In this document: in pieces, positions 47,603-60,205 of the stretch
How the letters are laid out: each line of letters starts with the position of its first letter
Position numbering within the stretch: the first letter of the stretch is position 1
Assembly (NCBI GenBank): GCA_026025075.1
Contig: JAPEUI010000008.1
Coordinates: 62,001-126,000, forward strand
From: Vezdaea acicularis
Taxonomy: Eukaryota
Reading direction: 5' to 3'
DNA: 64,000 nt
The notes under the pieces: model-generated
Told to the model about the DNA's origin: nothing
Database searches by the model: none
The model's input: only the letters and a program-made list of their open reading frames with translations
Program-made: the position numbers and the translations under genes

Positions 47603-49665
47603 CTATGAGTCACCGTTCTCCTTCTTTTGTAACTTATCAATTGTGCTCTTCATCTCCTTCAACATGGCTCTGACCTCTCTGATCTCAATCAACGTTGCGT
47701 CTGCCTCAACATTTGGCTTTCCGCTGTCAACTTTCTTAGCCCAGCCGTCGGCCTCGTAGTCGCAGTCTCTGTTCATCTCTTCCCACTCTTCCGTCGTATC
47801 GTCGTCATCTTCTCCACGACGCCTGTTGGATCTTACTGCATGAGCTTGTTTCGTCTCCATCCAAGCAGTGACTAGCAGTAGAGGCGAGTATACAATACCC
47901 ATTACATAGTTGTTAAGCCTCTCGTACCGTTTCTTGGGCATCCACCATTCAAATGGAATGATTAGGCAAAAGAGCTCGATGAGGTTGAAAGCTATTTAAA
48001 CTTAGTAAGGAGGCAAATTCTCCGATTTCATGACTTACGAGCAATGAAGACATTCTCGTCTGGCGCTCGAACGAATTGCATGGTCTTTTGCGAGAACTAA
48101 ACGAACGTGAGAAATTTGACGCAGGTTCTATACACAGATTGGCTTACGAGACACAAATATTCATCAATCGCGTTGTCCGTGATATCTTCATAAGCGCTAT
48201 TGTATAGCGCAATTAAAATATTCAAGAGCACTGCGAATGGTTAGTTCCGTGCATAAGAGGGCAATTTTCGTACTTACCAACCATTACCACAAAGGTAAAG
48301 ATATAGTAGAGGATCAGTCCGAACGGTGCTGCAAAGTTTTCGAACCCTGAGAAGTCTGGGCTCTGCATTACACTATTGGCCATCGCTTGTAAAATGAATG
48401 CTGTGGCTGTCTTATTGTCGTCCACATGATCCATCCCGACAAAGGCTTGCAGAAACCCGACAATTATAATGATCAAAAGAGCGAAAAAGATCAATGATTC
48501 CTTCATCATGACCTTTAATACCACAAGCATTGATCCAAAGAACTGGAAGGTATCAAGGTACAGAAGAATCCGCATCCAGAACATTGGCGCGCTGAAGGCA
48601 AAGAAATTGTAACTGAGCTGATTGAACTCTCGTCGAACATGATCATGATCGCTATCAGCTGGATGGCCCAGGGCAATCATACGAGTGACGAATGAGACCG
48701 CTAGAAGAGTGTAAAGCGTCATGTTGAAGATATTCCAAAAGCCTATGTAGTATCGGCCAACTTTCCATAGCTTAGCAAACTCGTCGCAGATGAAAGAGAA
48801 TGTGAACAAATAGATTACTCCTTCAACTCCATCGAGATCTCCTTTAGGATTAACAGTATTGATTGCTTGGGTATAGAGGACCAGGTATAGAATAGAGATG
48901 AAAATCTGGACAGCATTCTGATAAATGGGCGCCCTCATTCTATCTGGGTTAAAATGGTCCCAATAGTTAGTGTTTCCCTTATTCTTAAAATCCACGAATT
49001 GAGATGGGTCATCCTCGTCTTGTACAAGCCAGCCTCTCCAAAGATACGATATACATCTTTGATATCCAGAAGAACCAATGACCCGGAGGGCATGGAGATC
49101 CACCGCCCGCTCAATCACGTTGGCAGGTTGAGAGATTTCTCCGTTCCGTAGTATCGAGAAACGCTTCAGTAGAACTTGTTGTAGAAGATAATCTTGATCT
49201 TCTTCGTCCTCAATGAGACGCTTGGCGAGGACCTCACACGCGACAGCGCGAACTTGGTGTAAATCTGCATCCCAAAGCTCCAGTTGGGCCTGCCGCTTGA
49301 ACCACCTCTTGCATACCATCAAGCCATATATAACGCAAGTCTTGTAATCATCGCCTCCTGCTTCCATGGCCAGATCCGCTACGCGGTCTGTGATGATCGG
49401 GCTGTGCGCCTTCGTGATCTTCCATTCTTCGAGCTCGCAGGGCACGACCTGCTCAATCAGGAATTTGAGGCGAAGAGCAACCTTGGTAACTTCTTTCGCA
49501 GGTACAGCTGACTCTACAGCATCGTTGTTGTGTATGGGGAGGACTATGCCGGTCAATTGAGCCTTTCAGGCATGCGCTGCGATGAGACCTACGATTTCTT
49601 ATCTCGTCTCCGAAGTGTGGTTCGTCACGATCGCGCCTGCTCCATAGCCTGCTCCACTTCACCAT
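47603..49665 (-). CDS. YVC1: Vacuolar TRP-family cation/calcium channel Yvc1
   Basis: VTKVALRLKFLIEQVVPCEL, ERAVDLHALRVIGSSGYQRCI, FFGSMLVVLKVMMKES, LLNILIALYNSAY and QKTMQFVRAPDENVF. Four introns. Confidence 0.95.
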
Positions 49666-50244
49666 GCTGAGGCGCAATTGCAATAGGGCCCCAATTTGAC
49701 AACAGTATGCTACAAAGAATGAGAGGAGCAAATGATTGCAATCCTAGTCCAGTCTGTAAATAATGAGCATCCTAGAAGAGGAGGGAAACAGCTCCGAGGT
49801 CCAACCAAGCTTGCGCCCCGCTTCCAACTTTTCCCGTGGCTTGGCGGCCGACGCCACAACGTTCGTGAACCCAAACAAAGACTTCTAAGTCTATCGCCAT
49901 CAAGTACCAATCCCTTCCCTGGGATCTACGAACGCTACCAAGACAGTATGTAAGTGATTTAAGGTCTTGCCTCGCCCTGTCATCAGAAGTATAAGCAAAG
50001 GCTTGGGAATGACGTAGTTGACCCCCAACATCTAGTTGGCAAACTCTTGCAAGGGAGTAGGCTAAGGGTTCGCAAGTAATTACCAAGTAAAATAGGCTAT
50101 CTGAACACTGCACAGAACAAGCTCCTTTCACGCGAATGGATGCCATAACTGTCTGCTGGAACCTTCCACAGGTTTTGACTTGAGGGATCAAATGAAAGAT
50201 AGGCAGTTGAGTTATTAAGCTTAATATTTACTTCAAAGATCCTC

Positions 50245-51680
50245 TCAAAGTCTCTCCTCATATCCGTTCAGTATCCTTTCCCATTCTTCCCTCAACTGCT
50301 CCATCTCCTTCCAACACTCCCGGCCCTGGGCTTCAAACTCTTCCCTACTTTCTTTTGTTACCTCCTTTGCTCCAATCCACCTCCCCTCCCTCCTGATGGG
50401 CTCGCATCCTTCCTCTCCCCTTAACTTCCCGCCCATCCCCCACCCCTCAACTTCTGTCTTCACTACACTCTCCCCTCCTAATCTATCAGTGGCACTCCCC
50501 CACTTTCCTTTCCCATAAGTCCCTTCTATCCCCTCGATAGTGTTCTGAGGAGCTAGGACCAACCAGACCGGCGCACAAGCGCCTTTATAGGGCGTGATTG
50601 TATGCCAGGGCGATCCCAGCCAGCGTGCGATCCAGAAAGAGAGAAGCTTGGCGTACAGGAGGATCAGGGGGAGTGAGGCAATGGCTGTGTTACAAACGCC
50701 AGGATGAGAGACGTAGAGCTTTGGCTTGATGGTTGGAGACCAAGGGGAAGGTTCTGAAGGAGTTGAAGACGACGATGGGCTAAGGAAAGCGTTCACGTAT
50801 CTTGTGGTCGATGGCATTTCAGAAGTCAAGGCCAACAAGTCCGTGAGACGCTTTGAGCTACCATAGGATGCTACACCTTGCAGACCCTGGATGTCCTGAG
50901 TATTGAGTGTATGTGCAAAGGCCTCGATGCTCGAGGTCCAGATGACTCTTGCAGGCGGTAGCGGTGTCTCTTTGCCGCCGCGTGCAGAGAGGAGTCCGCT
51001 CAGCCCATGGACCAACAGGTAATGTCCGAAGAGGTTCGATGTGAAGACCTCTCCCAAGGGGGGCTCCTCGGGTCTTTCCTTTCCCTCAATTTGGGGCAGC
51101 TGCCTTGGCGCCAGTTGGCCTCTACTCTGCTTCATGAAAATCGGAAAGGTGAGAGAGTGCTTTGGTCTCCTTAGAATGTCTTTGATGGCAGCCAACCAAT
51201 CCACCCCTCCAAGGTTTGCAATTCCAGCATTGCATACCACAGCATCCAGTCTGCTGTTCGTTTCTTGCACGGTCCTGGCTAGTTTTCGCACAGAAATCAA
51301 GTTCATGAGGTCCGCCAATTGGGCTTCGAACGACACGCGTAAATCGGGAGCAAGTTCGTCTGAGCCATGGCCCTTTCGAACCCAGTCACGAACGCATTGG
51401 TCACGGTGGCGTCGCAACCGAACCAAGGTTTCTTCAGCTTTCGAAGGCGAGCGGACTGTGAAGATGATTTTGAGAGTATGAGCTTTGGGCGACAAGCGCG
51501 GTGTTGGCGGTCGTATAGAGAGGAATTCGTCTATTAAGCGGATACAAACTGCTTGGCCAACGCCGCTGACCGATCAGCATGTTAGTCATCATTTCATGAA
51601 GACATAAGATTGACAAGTTACCTGTTTGCCCCAGTGACCAAGACCGTGAAAGGTTGGTCGAGAGCTGAGGCGGATGCCAT
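50245..51680 (-). CDS. ERG27: 3-ketosteroid reductase (SDR family)
   Basis: VLVTGANS|GVGQAVC, LDAVVCNAGI, GEVFTSNLFGHY, YGSSKRLTD (YxxxK), ARWLGSPWH and KWGSATD. Confidence 0.93.
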
Positions 51681-51945
51681 TTTATGGCCTCGATGGTTGC
51701 ACAAGTTTCTGGGTAGCGTCTAGAAAAAGCCGATGTACCGCTGGTGGGCGGCGACTTGCGGGCTCGTTCGTCCCATCATCACACCACCGCCATGGGATTT
51801 CTAATAGACCAATCTCGATCCTCTTAACTTTTTATATATTCAAAGTACAAACTTAAATATGTAGAGAGAAGGATTTGTTCGTAAAAGTACAATGCGTCAA
51901 CTAATGTTTATTTCACCCATCCATGCACCAGTGTTCATCAATGCT

Positions 51946-54900
51946 CTATTCCCCCTTATACTTTTCCTGCCTAACATTGAAAGCCATTTTAAGTAGATCC
52001 TGCTCTTCCTTGAGATGGCTAGCTTTCAGTCCCGTTGCTACACTAGCGCTAGGATTTCGGCCAGCGTAAAGGACGTGTTTCCGGTCATGATGCGCTGTAT
52101 TGTTAAGTAATGTCTCTATTCTTGGCTGTGTGAAGCTCCAAGCACCAGCATTTAGAGGCTCCTCCTGCGCCCAGATTATATTCTTAGCATTGGGATACAT
52201 ATCAAGATTCTCTTTTAATTGCTGCCATGGGAAGGGGTTGAGCTGTTCAATACGCGTGATAGCTGCGTCCTTGATGCCCTTTTCAGCTCGATACTTGTGA
52301 AGAGCTACATAGGCCTGACCAGTGCAAAGGATCACACGCTCAACCTCCTCGGGTGTTGCAATGTCGCCGCTAGCATGGGCTGGGTCTGGAATAATCCACT
52401 GGAAGTGGGAGTCACCAGTGAAGTCTTCTATCGGCGAACGAGCGAGCGGATGGCGGAGGAGCGATTTTGAGAAGAAGAGGATGAGGGCTAAGTAGAGTTG
52501 GTTAATAAGATGCTCAATAGATGGATCTTTGGGCCAGAGCTTACGTTTCCTGAATTGCCGGTTCATCTGCCTCCTGAGGATATGGAAAAGATTGGCGGGT
52601 GTTGTCATGTAGGCGATCTGCATGTTGCAGTCCTGATGTTGCCGGTCGAGTTTATCTGGAGACGGATAGATTCGAGGGTCCTCGTTACAAAGCTGCAAGT
52701 ACCGCTCCATACGGCCTGACGAATGCTCCGGTCCTTGGCCATCATAACCATGAGGCAAGGACATGACGAGGCCAGACCGCTGGAGCCACTTCACCTCCCC
52801 AGAAGCAATGAATTGATCGATGATACACTGGGCGTTATTTGCGAAATCGCCGAATTGTGCTTCCCAGATGACAAGGGCGGTGGGAGAAGAGAGTGAGTAG
52901 CCATATTCAAAGCCGAGACTATAGAGAGTTAGCAGAAGTCCTCAGCGGCATTATCAGGTAGAACATACCATCCGAATTCACTCAGTGAGGAGTTTGAGAT
53001 TACAAAGGTACCTTGTTTTTCTGAAATATGCTGAAGTGGGGTATACGTTGCCTCGTTCTCTTGATCATGTAGCACGGCGTGCCGTTGCGAAAACGTACCA
53101 CGCTCCACATCTTGCCCTGATACACGGACGTGATGTCCCTCGCCGACTAAAGTGCCGAAAGCAAGAGCTTCACCAGTAGACCAGTCAATTCCCTTGCCTT
53201 CATCCACTGTCTTCTTGCGGTTGGCAAGGATTCGCTTAAGATTGCGATGTACATTAAACCCTTTGGGGGCGCCCCCTATCTTCTCTCCAATATCCTTCAA
53301 AATATCTTGACTTACACCAGTCGGGTTATGCGGTAAGATTTCAGTCGCCAGCTCCTTGGGTGACTTGAAACCGTTCCAGGCAGATGTAAGCCACTCCTTG
53401 CCGCTAGGCTGATAATCTCTACTCCGAGTGAAACTGTCCTCTAACATGCCCCACACCCACTTCTTGTGTTCGTCGATGTCGTCTTTGGTAAAAGTCTTCT
53501 CTTCCAAGAGCTTACTGACGTATTTGTCAATTTGTGGCTTCTGCGCTTCAATGCGCTTGTACATAAGAGGTTGCGTAAATGATGGCTGATCAGTCTCATT
53601 ATGACCGTGCTTACGGTAGCAGATAATATCTACCACCACGTCACGCTTGAACTCTGCACGCCAATCTGCAGCCATTTGGCAGACGAAGTTAAGAGCCTCG
53701 ACATCATCAGCATTGACGTGGAATACAGGCGCATCGATGGCCTTCGCGATATCCGAACAGTAGGGTGTTGAGCGTGCGAATCGAGGATCAGTGGTAAAAC
53801 CAATCTGATTATTGACGATCAGATGTATCGTTCCTCCGGTCGAGTATGCCGGTAACGAGTGGAAGCCCATTGTCTCATACACAATGCCCTGAGCTGCAAA
53901 AGCAGCATCGCCGTGGACCAGGACCCCCATTGCAGTATGATGGTCCTTCTCATCGTTGTTGAAGTGTTGGATGGCCCTTGTCTTGCCTAGAACGACAGGG
54001 TCTTCAGCCTCGAGATGGGATGGATTAGCAACAAGGGAAAGCTGAACTCGCTTGCCGGATGGCGTTGGCCGCTCAAAGTTCATGCCCAAGTGATATTTAA
54101 CGTCTCCAGAGCCTTCGTCGGAGGGTTCAGCCGATCCGCCAAATTCGCTGAAAATAGACTCATTTGGTTTCCGAACGACATTACTGAGCACGTTCAAACG
54201 CCCGCGATGGGGCATACCAATCACTATGTCCTTGACTCCATAGTCGACACTTCTATCGATAAGAGCTTTCATCCCTGGCACAAGACTTTCGCAACCCTCG
54301 AGGCCAAAACGTTTGTCGTTGGGAAATTTTGTCGACAAGAAGCTTTCGAAGCTCGAGCTCCAGATCAGCCTGTCAAGAATTCTCCTCTTCTCGTCCACAC
54401 TGTACTTGTAAGGCATAGGAATCTCCATGCGATCTCTTATCCAGTCGCACTGTTCCCTATCGGGTATATGGATATACTCTACTCCGTACGGCCCGCAATA
54501 TATCTGCTCGCAAGCCGCCACAATTTCCTTCAGAGTCATCTTTTCTCGGCCTTCTGTCTTGAACCTGGGCAGAATGCCCGGGCCCAGAGTGTACTCCGTA
54601 TCCATATCTTTCTCGGAAAACGCATAATGATCGAGCTGGAGTTCTTTTGGTCTGCTGTACCCAAACGCTTCCGCTTCGCCCCTAATACCGAGAGGGTCAA
54701 TCTTCGCCTTGTGGTGACCACGAGCTTGATATGCCCGCACGAGCAATTGGACTTTCAAATGATTCGTGACATCTCCACCCTCGCCAGGAGCCATGCTAAC
54801 TCCTGGTATAAAGGAACCTACCCCTCCAGTAGGGTTAGGTACAATGGTTGGAGGAGGTTGGAAAGCTTGCGATATTGGCATCTCTCCGTTTTCCATGTTC

Positions 54901-55190
54901 CTGAAGTACACCTGCCATGAGACGTGGACGCTGTTAGGATCTTTCTTCCAGAGCATGTACATTTCGTCGACGTAATTTGCCGTATTACCCTGCAAGAAAG
55001 AATCATTCGGGTCCACTCCTCTCGTAGTTTCTTCCGCCGGAGCGGCATAATGCCTCCTCTGAGCTACACACGTTGTTAGAGCTAGAGGCCGCCTCTTTCC
55101 GACCAGGCACGTCGTCCTTGACCGTGCTAAGGAGACAGAAGTGCCTCCGAAGAGGCACCCGCCTGTCTTCTTCACTGCCGTACGAAGCAT
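51946..55190 (-). CDS. KGD1: 2-oxoglutarate dehydrogenase E1 subunit, mitochondrial
   Basis: [58 protein letters not shown] and [14 protein letters not shown]. Two introns. Confidence 0.98.
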
Positions 55191-55735
55191 TGTGAAGCCA
55201 GAATATGAAGATACGTGGCGAAAGAAGCGAGTTTACGCAATGAATTATTCGGGCTCTATGCGCCCTTTTGTCTCCAGATTCCGCCAATGCAGGTCACGCA
55301 GTTCGCAGTTTCGCCTTGGGTAATTTTGTGGAGAAGGCGCTAGGCAAATTATGGCTAAGCTTGAAAAGCCGGTTATGCAAAGCCGGTCACCAAAGGTCGG
55401 GATTGGTGATGGTAAACCGGCTGGCTTTTCCAGCCCTAGACTGGATCATTACACTATGAGGGTGCGCCTATGCAAACCCATGGATTTGAGCAGTACAAAA
55501 TCGTCAGCAAGAAACCTTGAACGAGAGTTATTTGAAAGCACTCAGCCACCTTATAAAGTGCAATCAACACGTCAAGTTTTTCTATGAAACGCAATAAACT
55601 TGCTATGGCTAAATGCACGCATGCATGACTAGAATCTCATCAACCCAGGCACTTCACTTCTATCGCCCCACGCCCAGCGTCATAAATAGTAAGCCTTCCA
55701 ACACTTAAGCTTTGCCAATTCTTCTGGGGGTACTC

Positions 55736-57211
55736 CTACCCTCGCCCATCCCAGTCATGCTCAACAATCCATGCATCCCCTGAAGATAGTCCCAAATCCT
55801 GAAGCTTGCATCCTTTATGGCCCCACTTCTCAGAAAAAACATCTCGGCCATGGTTTATTGTCATCTGGATCGCCTTATCAAAACCATCCGGGTCACGGTA
55901 GTAGGGTTCGCCTTGACCTCCAGCCTGGCGAGCTTGCCAATAATTTCGTCCTTGTGTGCCGTTATTCTTCTCTCTTTGTAAGGTCTCGAGACGGCTCTTG
56001 AGATCATAGTAAGCGGGCGACGCGAGCGAATCTTCTGGCTCGAATTCATAACGACTATCCACGTTTAACCGGTAATGACCGTGCTTAGTTGCATCCACCT
56101 CCCCCTCCGTATTTGTGGGTTTTGCCGGAAGCGGTCGTCGATAAAGAACTTCTAGATCGTCGATTGATGATCCAACGTCGTAAATTAGACCAGCGTCTGC
56201 GCTTTCCTGCTTATAGCCTTCCATCCTCAGGCGCTCATACATGTCACAATCAGAGCCGTAATAAGGTATCAGGGTATCCCAGCCACCAATATCATCATAA
56301 GCTGTAACGTTAACGAGCGCAAGTTGGTCGAAAGAGAACAGTCGAGTACCCCATCTATTTGTCGTGCCATTTGGTCCTGGAGCATAGTCCTTTTTGATTG
56401 TTTGGCGCAAGGTTTCTACGCAGCGCATGTAGAGCGATTTGTAAGGTGTAACATCTTCTCCAGAAAGGGCAACGACGTCCATGTGCGACCAGAAGAAGTA
56501 TTCGTAGCCCCTGTCAAGGGCAATAGAAAGGTAGAAGTTCTGCAATTGAGAAAACGATAGTAACGTTGGCGTGGTGATTATATTGACGTTGAAGAGATCA
56601 GCCAAGCGTGTATGATTCATGAAAAAGGGGTTTTGTAGACTGAGTAGACCCTTTCTATTACTTGACATGGTTCCCGTGTTATCAAAGACGAAAATATCTT
56701 CTGGAGGCCAACCTGCAGTCATGTAACTTATGACGGCTTGCTGCAAGAGTAACCAATTCCGCGTGAAACCAATAAAGAGAGGAGTCTTTTCTGGCACGTG
56801 GCGAAGAGGAGGTTTATTCCATGAAGGAATTGGCGGTAGATCAAACGGGTTTTTTGCTGTGACAGCTAACGGGAAATTGTCGACAACAGGTACAACATCA
56901 TCGTAATTGACGTCCTTGTAGATAGGATGTCGTGAAGATACAAGGTCCTCGTCGTTCGATTCCAGTATCGGCGATAGAGCTTCAGAAGGACTAGCTTTAG
57001 AGGAATCAACTTCAGAAGAAGTAGTAGTAAGATATACGGACTCGCTTGGCTGTATTTGAGGCGGTATAGCGTCAGGCAGCACGCCATGGTCCGGGATTAC
57101 CGCATGATGTTTTCTTGGATCAACGCCAGAGTTGGATAAGAAGTACACAAATAGCACCGTAAGCCCCAATAGGACCAACCTTAGAAGTTGCCTCCAAGAT
57201 GCCAGTACCAT
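55736..57211 (-). CDS. Type II membrane protein, probable glycosyltransferase-like (fungal conserved family)
   Basis: N-terminal TM anchor and Ser/Pro stem, then TPLFIGFTRNW, FWSHMDVVAL and IGGWDTLIPYYGSDCDMYERL, which resemble GT-A fold motifs. Intronless, 491 aa. Confidence 0.7.
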   Translation of the reverse strand: MVLASWRQLLRLVLLGLTVLFVYFLSNSGVDPRKHHAVIPDHGVLPDAIPPQIQPSESVYLTTTSSEVDSSKASPSEALSPILESNDEDLVSSRHPIYKDVNYDDVVPVVDNFPLAVTAKNPFDLPPIPSWNKPPLRHVPEKTPLFIGFTRNWLLLQQAVISYMTAGWPPEDIFVFDNTGTMSSNRKGLLSLQNPFFMNHTRLADLFNVNIITTPTLLSFSQLQNFYLSIALDRGYEYFFWSHMDVVALSGEDVTPYKSLYMRCVETLRQTIKKDYAPGPNGTTNRWGTRLFSFDQLALVNVTAYDDIGGWDTLIPYYGSDCDMYERLRMEGYKQESADAGLIYDVGSSIDDLEVLYRRPLPAKPTNTEGEVDATKHGHYRLNVDSRYEFEPEDSLASPAYYDLKSRLETLQREKNNGTQGRNYWQARQAGGQGEPYYRDPDGFDKAIQMTINHGRDVFSEKWGHKGCKLQDLGLSSGDAWIVEHDWDGRG

Positions 57212-57967
57212 AACTTTCGACAGCCTTTCGTTATTTCATCGTTAGGACTGATCGCATATAGGCTCTTAAGGGGGAATCCGTCGGTACGCTCTTGCGCCAA
57301 ACAGCGCCCACCACGACCAGGTTAGGAATCTAGTGTCAAGGAATATTTCAAAAGAGATCCTCAATACTACTAGCCACAGCAAATGATAAAGAATTATACA
57401 AAAGGTAAAATTTCAGGTAGAATTTCTACAATGAGCGACTCAGAACCCCAACCGAAACGAAGTAAACAAAAACGTGTGTGCGGGCCCTGAATGAAGCTGA
57501 ACGTCGGTCCTGCACCTGTCTAAACTGTTAATATGGCGAAGTCGACGCAGCGCACATTGTAGAATGCAATAGCCAGCTGATGAATAGACAGCTGAAGTTG
57601 TTAAAAGGAGGAAATTAAACTTCAAAGAAAGACGGAATGGGTCTAATTTTATTGTAGCCTAGTCATAGCGCCAATAGCGATTAGATTGCCAACGCTGATG
57701 ACAAGCGAGCCGATTAGACTGACGATCCTGGCGCCACTGGAAAGTGCCGATCATAGAGTCCTGAGATGGCGAATGTGCAACTTTTCTATGAGAATTTGGA
57801 GTCTGAGATACGATTAACAGAGCTTGGACCATGTATATTCTTTGCTTGAACGGGATGCAATGTGATTAAAACTGGGGATGCATTTTGCTTCTAATTGGCA
57901 ACTTCCTTGGGCTAGGGTTTCTTAAGGCACGACTACGACTTGACCCTTAGCCTGCTATCAAATCACA

Positions 57968-58908
57968 ATGCTGGCGTCGGGTTTTACAAACGCGCCGATC
58001 TCTCAATACCTCCTCTTCACCCTGATATTTTTCTCCATAGCTACTAGCATTACAGATAGCAAGCATCTCTTCTATATCCAGATCGTACCACATTTATGGC
58101 CTTACGCACAGGCGTGGAGGATTTTGGCATGGCAGGTATAGCCATTCATCTCAATACTCTACCATCCATACATTAAGCTGATAATCAACCTGGTAGGCAT
58201 GCTACCTGAACTCCACCGAAGTACTTTTTGCAGGAATGACTGTCTATCACCTGCGCATCATCGAACGCCTCTGGGGCCCACGTAAATTCGGGGTACGGCC
58301 GCACCCTCCCTTGAGCTCCGCTAAGAGATGGCAGCTTACAAATAACCTAGTCATTCCTTGTTTCAATACTACCTTATACGACGATACTACCTCCCCTGTT
58401 AATGGCATCAATACTTCGCCCTTTGAGCTTATATCGTTTCAATTATCTCCCTGCTGGACCAACAGCACTTATCTTCGCTGTTCTCGCCCAATATCATGCT
58501 GTAATTCCGCACGTCTATAAATATAGGATTCTCACCTCTAGACCAACCACTCCAGGGCAATTGCCTCCAAGCCTCACGTTCAGCGATAAATCGACCACCT
58601 ATTTGTTAGCAGGCCAACTTGCGCTATCACAAGTCCCTGGCTCATTGCTTTCGGCGGTGGTTGGCTGGATCATCGGTCATGCCTGGAGAAGGGAACTCTT
58701 TCCGGGAGCTATGAGGTGGAGACTCCCTAGGTGGGTTATCAAAGATAAGTCGGGAGGAGAAAGATATGAAGGGCTCAGAAGGAGGCTTGAGGGAGAGGGC
58801 GCGGCTGCGGCAAGTGCCAGTGGGGTGGAGGGTAGAGTTGGGGACGAACCTCAGAGGAGGCCAATAGGAACGCAAATTCTGGACCAGTTTAGAGGCGCGA
58901 TCAGATAA
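57968..58908 (+). CDS. Dsc2-like rhomboid pseudoprotease (DSC ubiquitin ligase complex subunit)
   Basis: Spliced [62 protein letters not shown] and TFSDKSTTY. Confidence 0.85.
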
Positions 58909-59025
58909 TATGGAAATATTGGTACCTCTTCGCTTTCATTTCCGAAACCGTGATTCATGCATAAGCCCCAAGGCCGTACTTCCGGGGAAGCTGAAGGCGA
59001 GCTCGGCTGAAGCCGCCGATCCTTA

Positions 59026-60205
59026 CGAGGCCGGGTGACAATGAAGACGGTGATATTTCGCGAAAATCAAAATTCGGTACTACGACCATCGCGCTCGAAG
59101 AGCTGCGCAACTCTCTGAGGCATGCTATCTATATACTTATCAATTTCCGAGGGTGTAATCTTGTCCCACTCTGCTAGTACAGCTTCCTTGAACTCTGAAA
59201 TTGTTTTGGGCGGGTTTTGGTAGTGTTTGATTCGTTGCTTAATTAGTCGCCATATCTTCTCGATAGGATTCATATCTAGAGAATTGCCTGGCCACGGCCA
59301 TAACCTCACAAGCCCCAGTGATTCTCGTAGCGGTTGTAGTGATTTAAATCCATGTTGTGAATTTCCATCCTCCATAAGCATTGGTTGATTACACCAAGTG
59401 CTCATTTGCTGCAAAGCAATCTCAATGTGAGGCACCATGATTTGCTCTGCATAATCCTCGAGACTCATGCTCCCATTTCTTCCATGACCATCAATTATGA
59501 CTAGTGGAGTCTTAAATCCTCCTGAGGCAATACCTCCCCAGACTGAAAATGTCTCGTAATTGCGTCGATGTACTTTATGCTGTATACATTCCTCGCAATA
59601 TCGCTCTCCTGGCTTGCGTATGACTTTCTTTTTGGCAGCTCTACCCAATTGAAAAGTACATTCATCTGTCCAAAGTACCTGTCCCCACTGATGCATTGTC
59701 CAATTGATATGTTCTTGTGCAAATTTGGCTCTATCTTGTACATTCTTGAAGGAAAGCCACGGCTTTTGGCATGCTGTACACTTGCAATATCCTCGAGCTT
59801 TCATAGCTCTTGCAATAGTGCGCCAATGACAGTCAATACCAATTTTCTGTCGCAATTCCTCCCAGTCCAGAGTCCTATTCTCAAAGCAACCTTTGCATGC
59901 AGCTTCACACGCGTCAATATCCTCTTCTGAGAGTGTTTTTTTGCGACCGCGCTGGGTCAACTTGGCGCGACGATCGGCAGGCGAGCGAACAATTCGATCC
60001 ACAGATGTCCACGACATTTGGTACATCTTGGCTACTTTGTATCGAGTTAAACCTCCATCGCAAACCAGAGCTCTGATACGAGCTTTCCGAGGCGTATCCC
60101 ATTCTTTTCGCGTGGTTTTGGGCGTTGCAGGCATCTTTGTAAGTACTTCCGGAGATAAGTTTTGGTTTTCGCTAATATCACCGTCTTTATTGTCACCCGG
60201 CCTCG
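59026..60205 (-). mobile_element. Tc1/mariner-superfamily DNA transposon, 1180 bp, with 46-47 bp imperfect TIRs
   Basis: The left end CGAGGCCGGGTGACAATGAAGACGGTGATATT (59026) matches the reverse complement of the right end (60205) at 31 of 32 nt, with similarity extending to about 47 nt. Flanked by TTA on both sides and encloses a transposase ORF. Confidence 0.95.
59067..60134 (-). CDS. Tc1-like DDE transposase (355 aa, DD35E)
   Basis: N-terminal HTH region, KPWLS, WTDE, VWGGI, MEDGNSQH and WPGNSLDMNPIEKIW. There are 35 residues between the second D and E. No stops or frameshifts. Confidence 0.93.
   Translation of the reverse strand: MPATPKTTRKEWDTPRKARIRALVCDGGLTRYKVAKMYQMSWTSVDRIVRSPADRRAKLTQRGRKKTLSEEDIDACEAACKGCFENRTLDWEELRQKIGIDCHWRTIARAMKARGYCKCTACQKPWLSFKNVQDRAKFAQEHINWTMHQWGQVLWTDECTFQLGRAAKKKVIRKPGERYCEECIQHKVHRRNYETFSVWGGIASGGFKTPLVIIDGHGRNGSMSLEDYAEQIMVPHIEIALQQMSTWCNQPMLMEDGNSQHGFKSLQPLRESLGLVRLWPWPGNSLDMNPIEKIWRLIKQRIKHYQNPPKTISEFKEAVLAEWDKITPSEIDKYIDSMPQRVAQLFERDGRSTEF

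Noticed and set aside
59026..60205. Cargo such as a Fanzor/TnpB nuclease or guide RNA in the transposon
   Set aside because: The transposase fills nearly the whole element, leaving no space, and there are no RuvC motifs.
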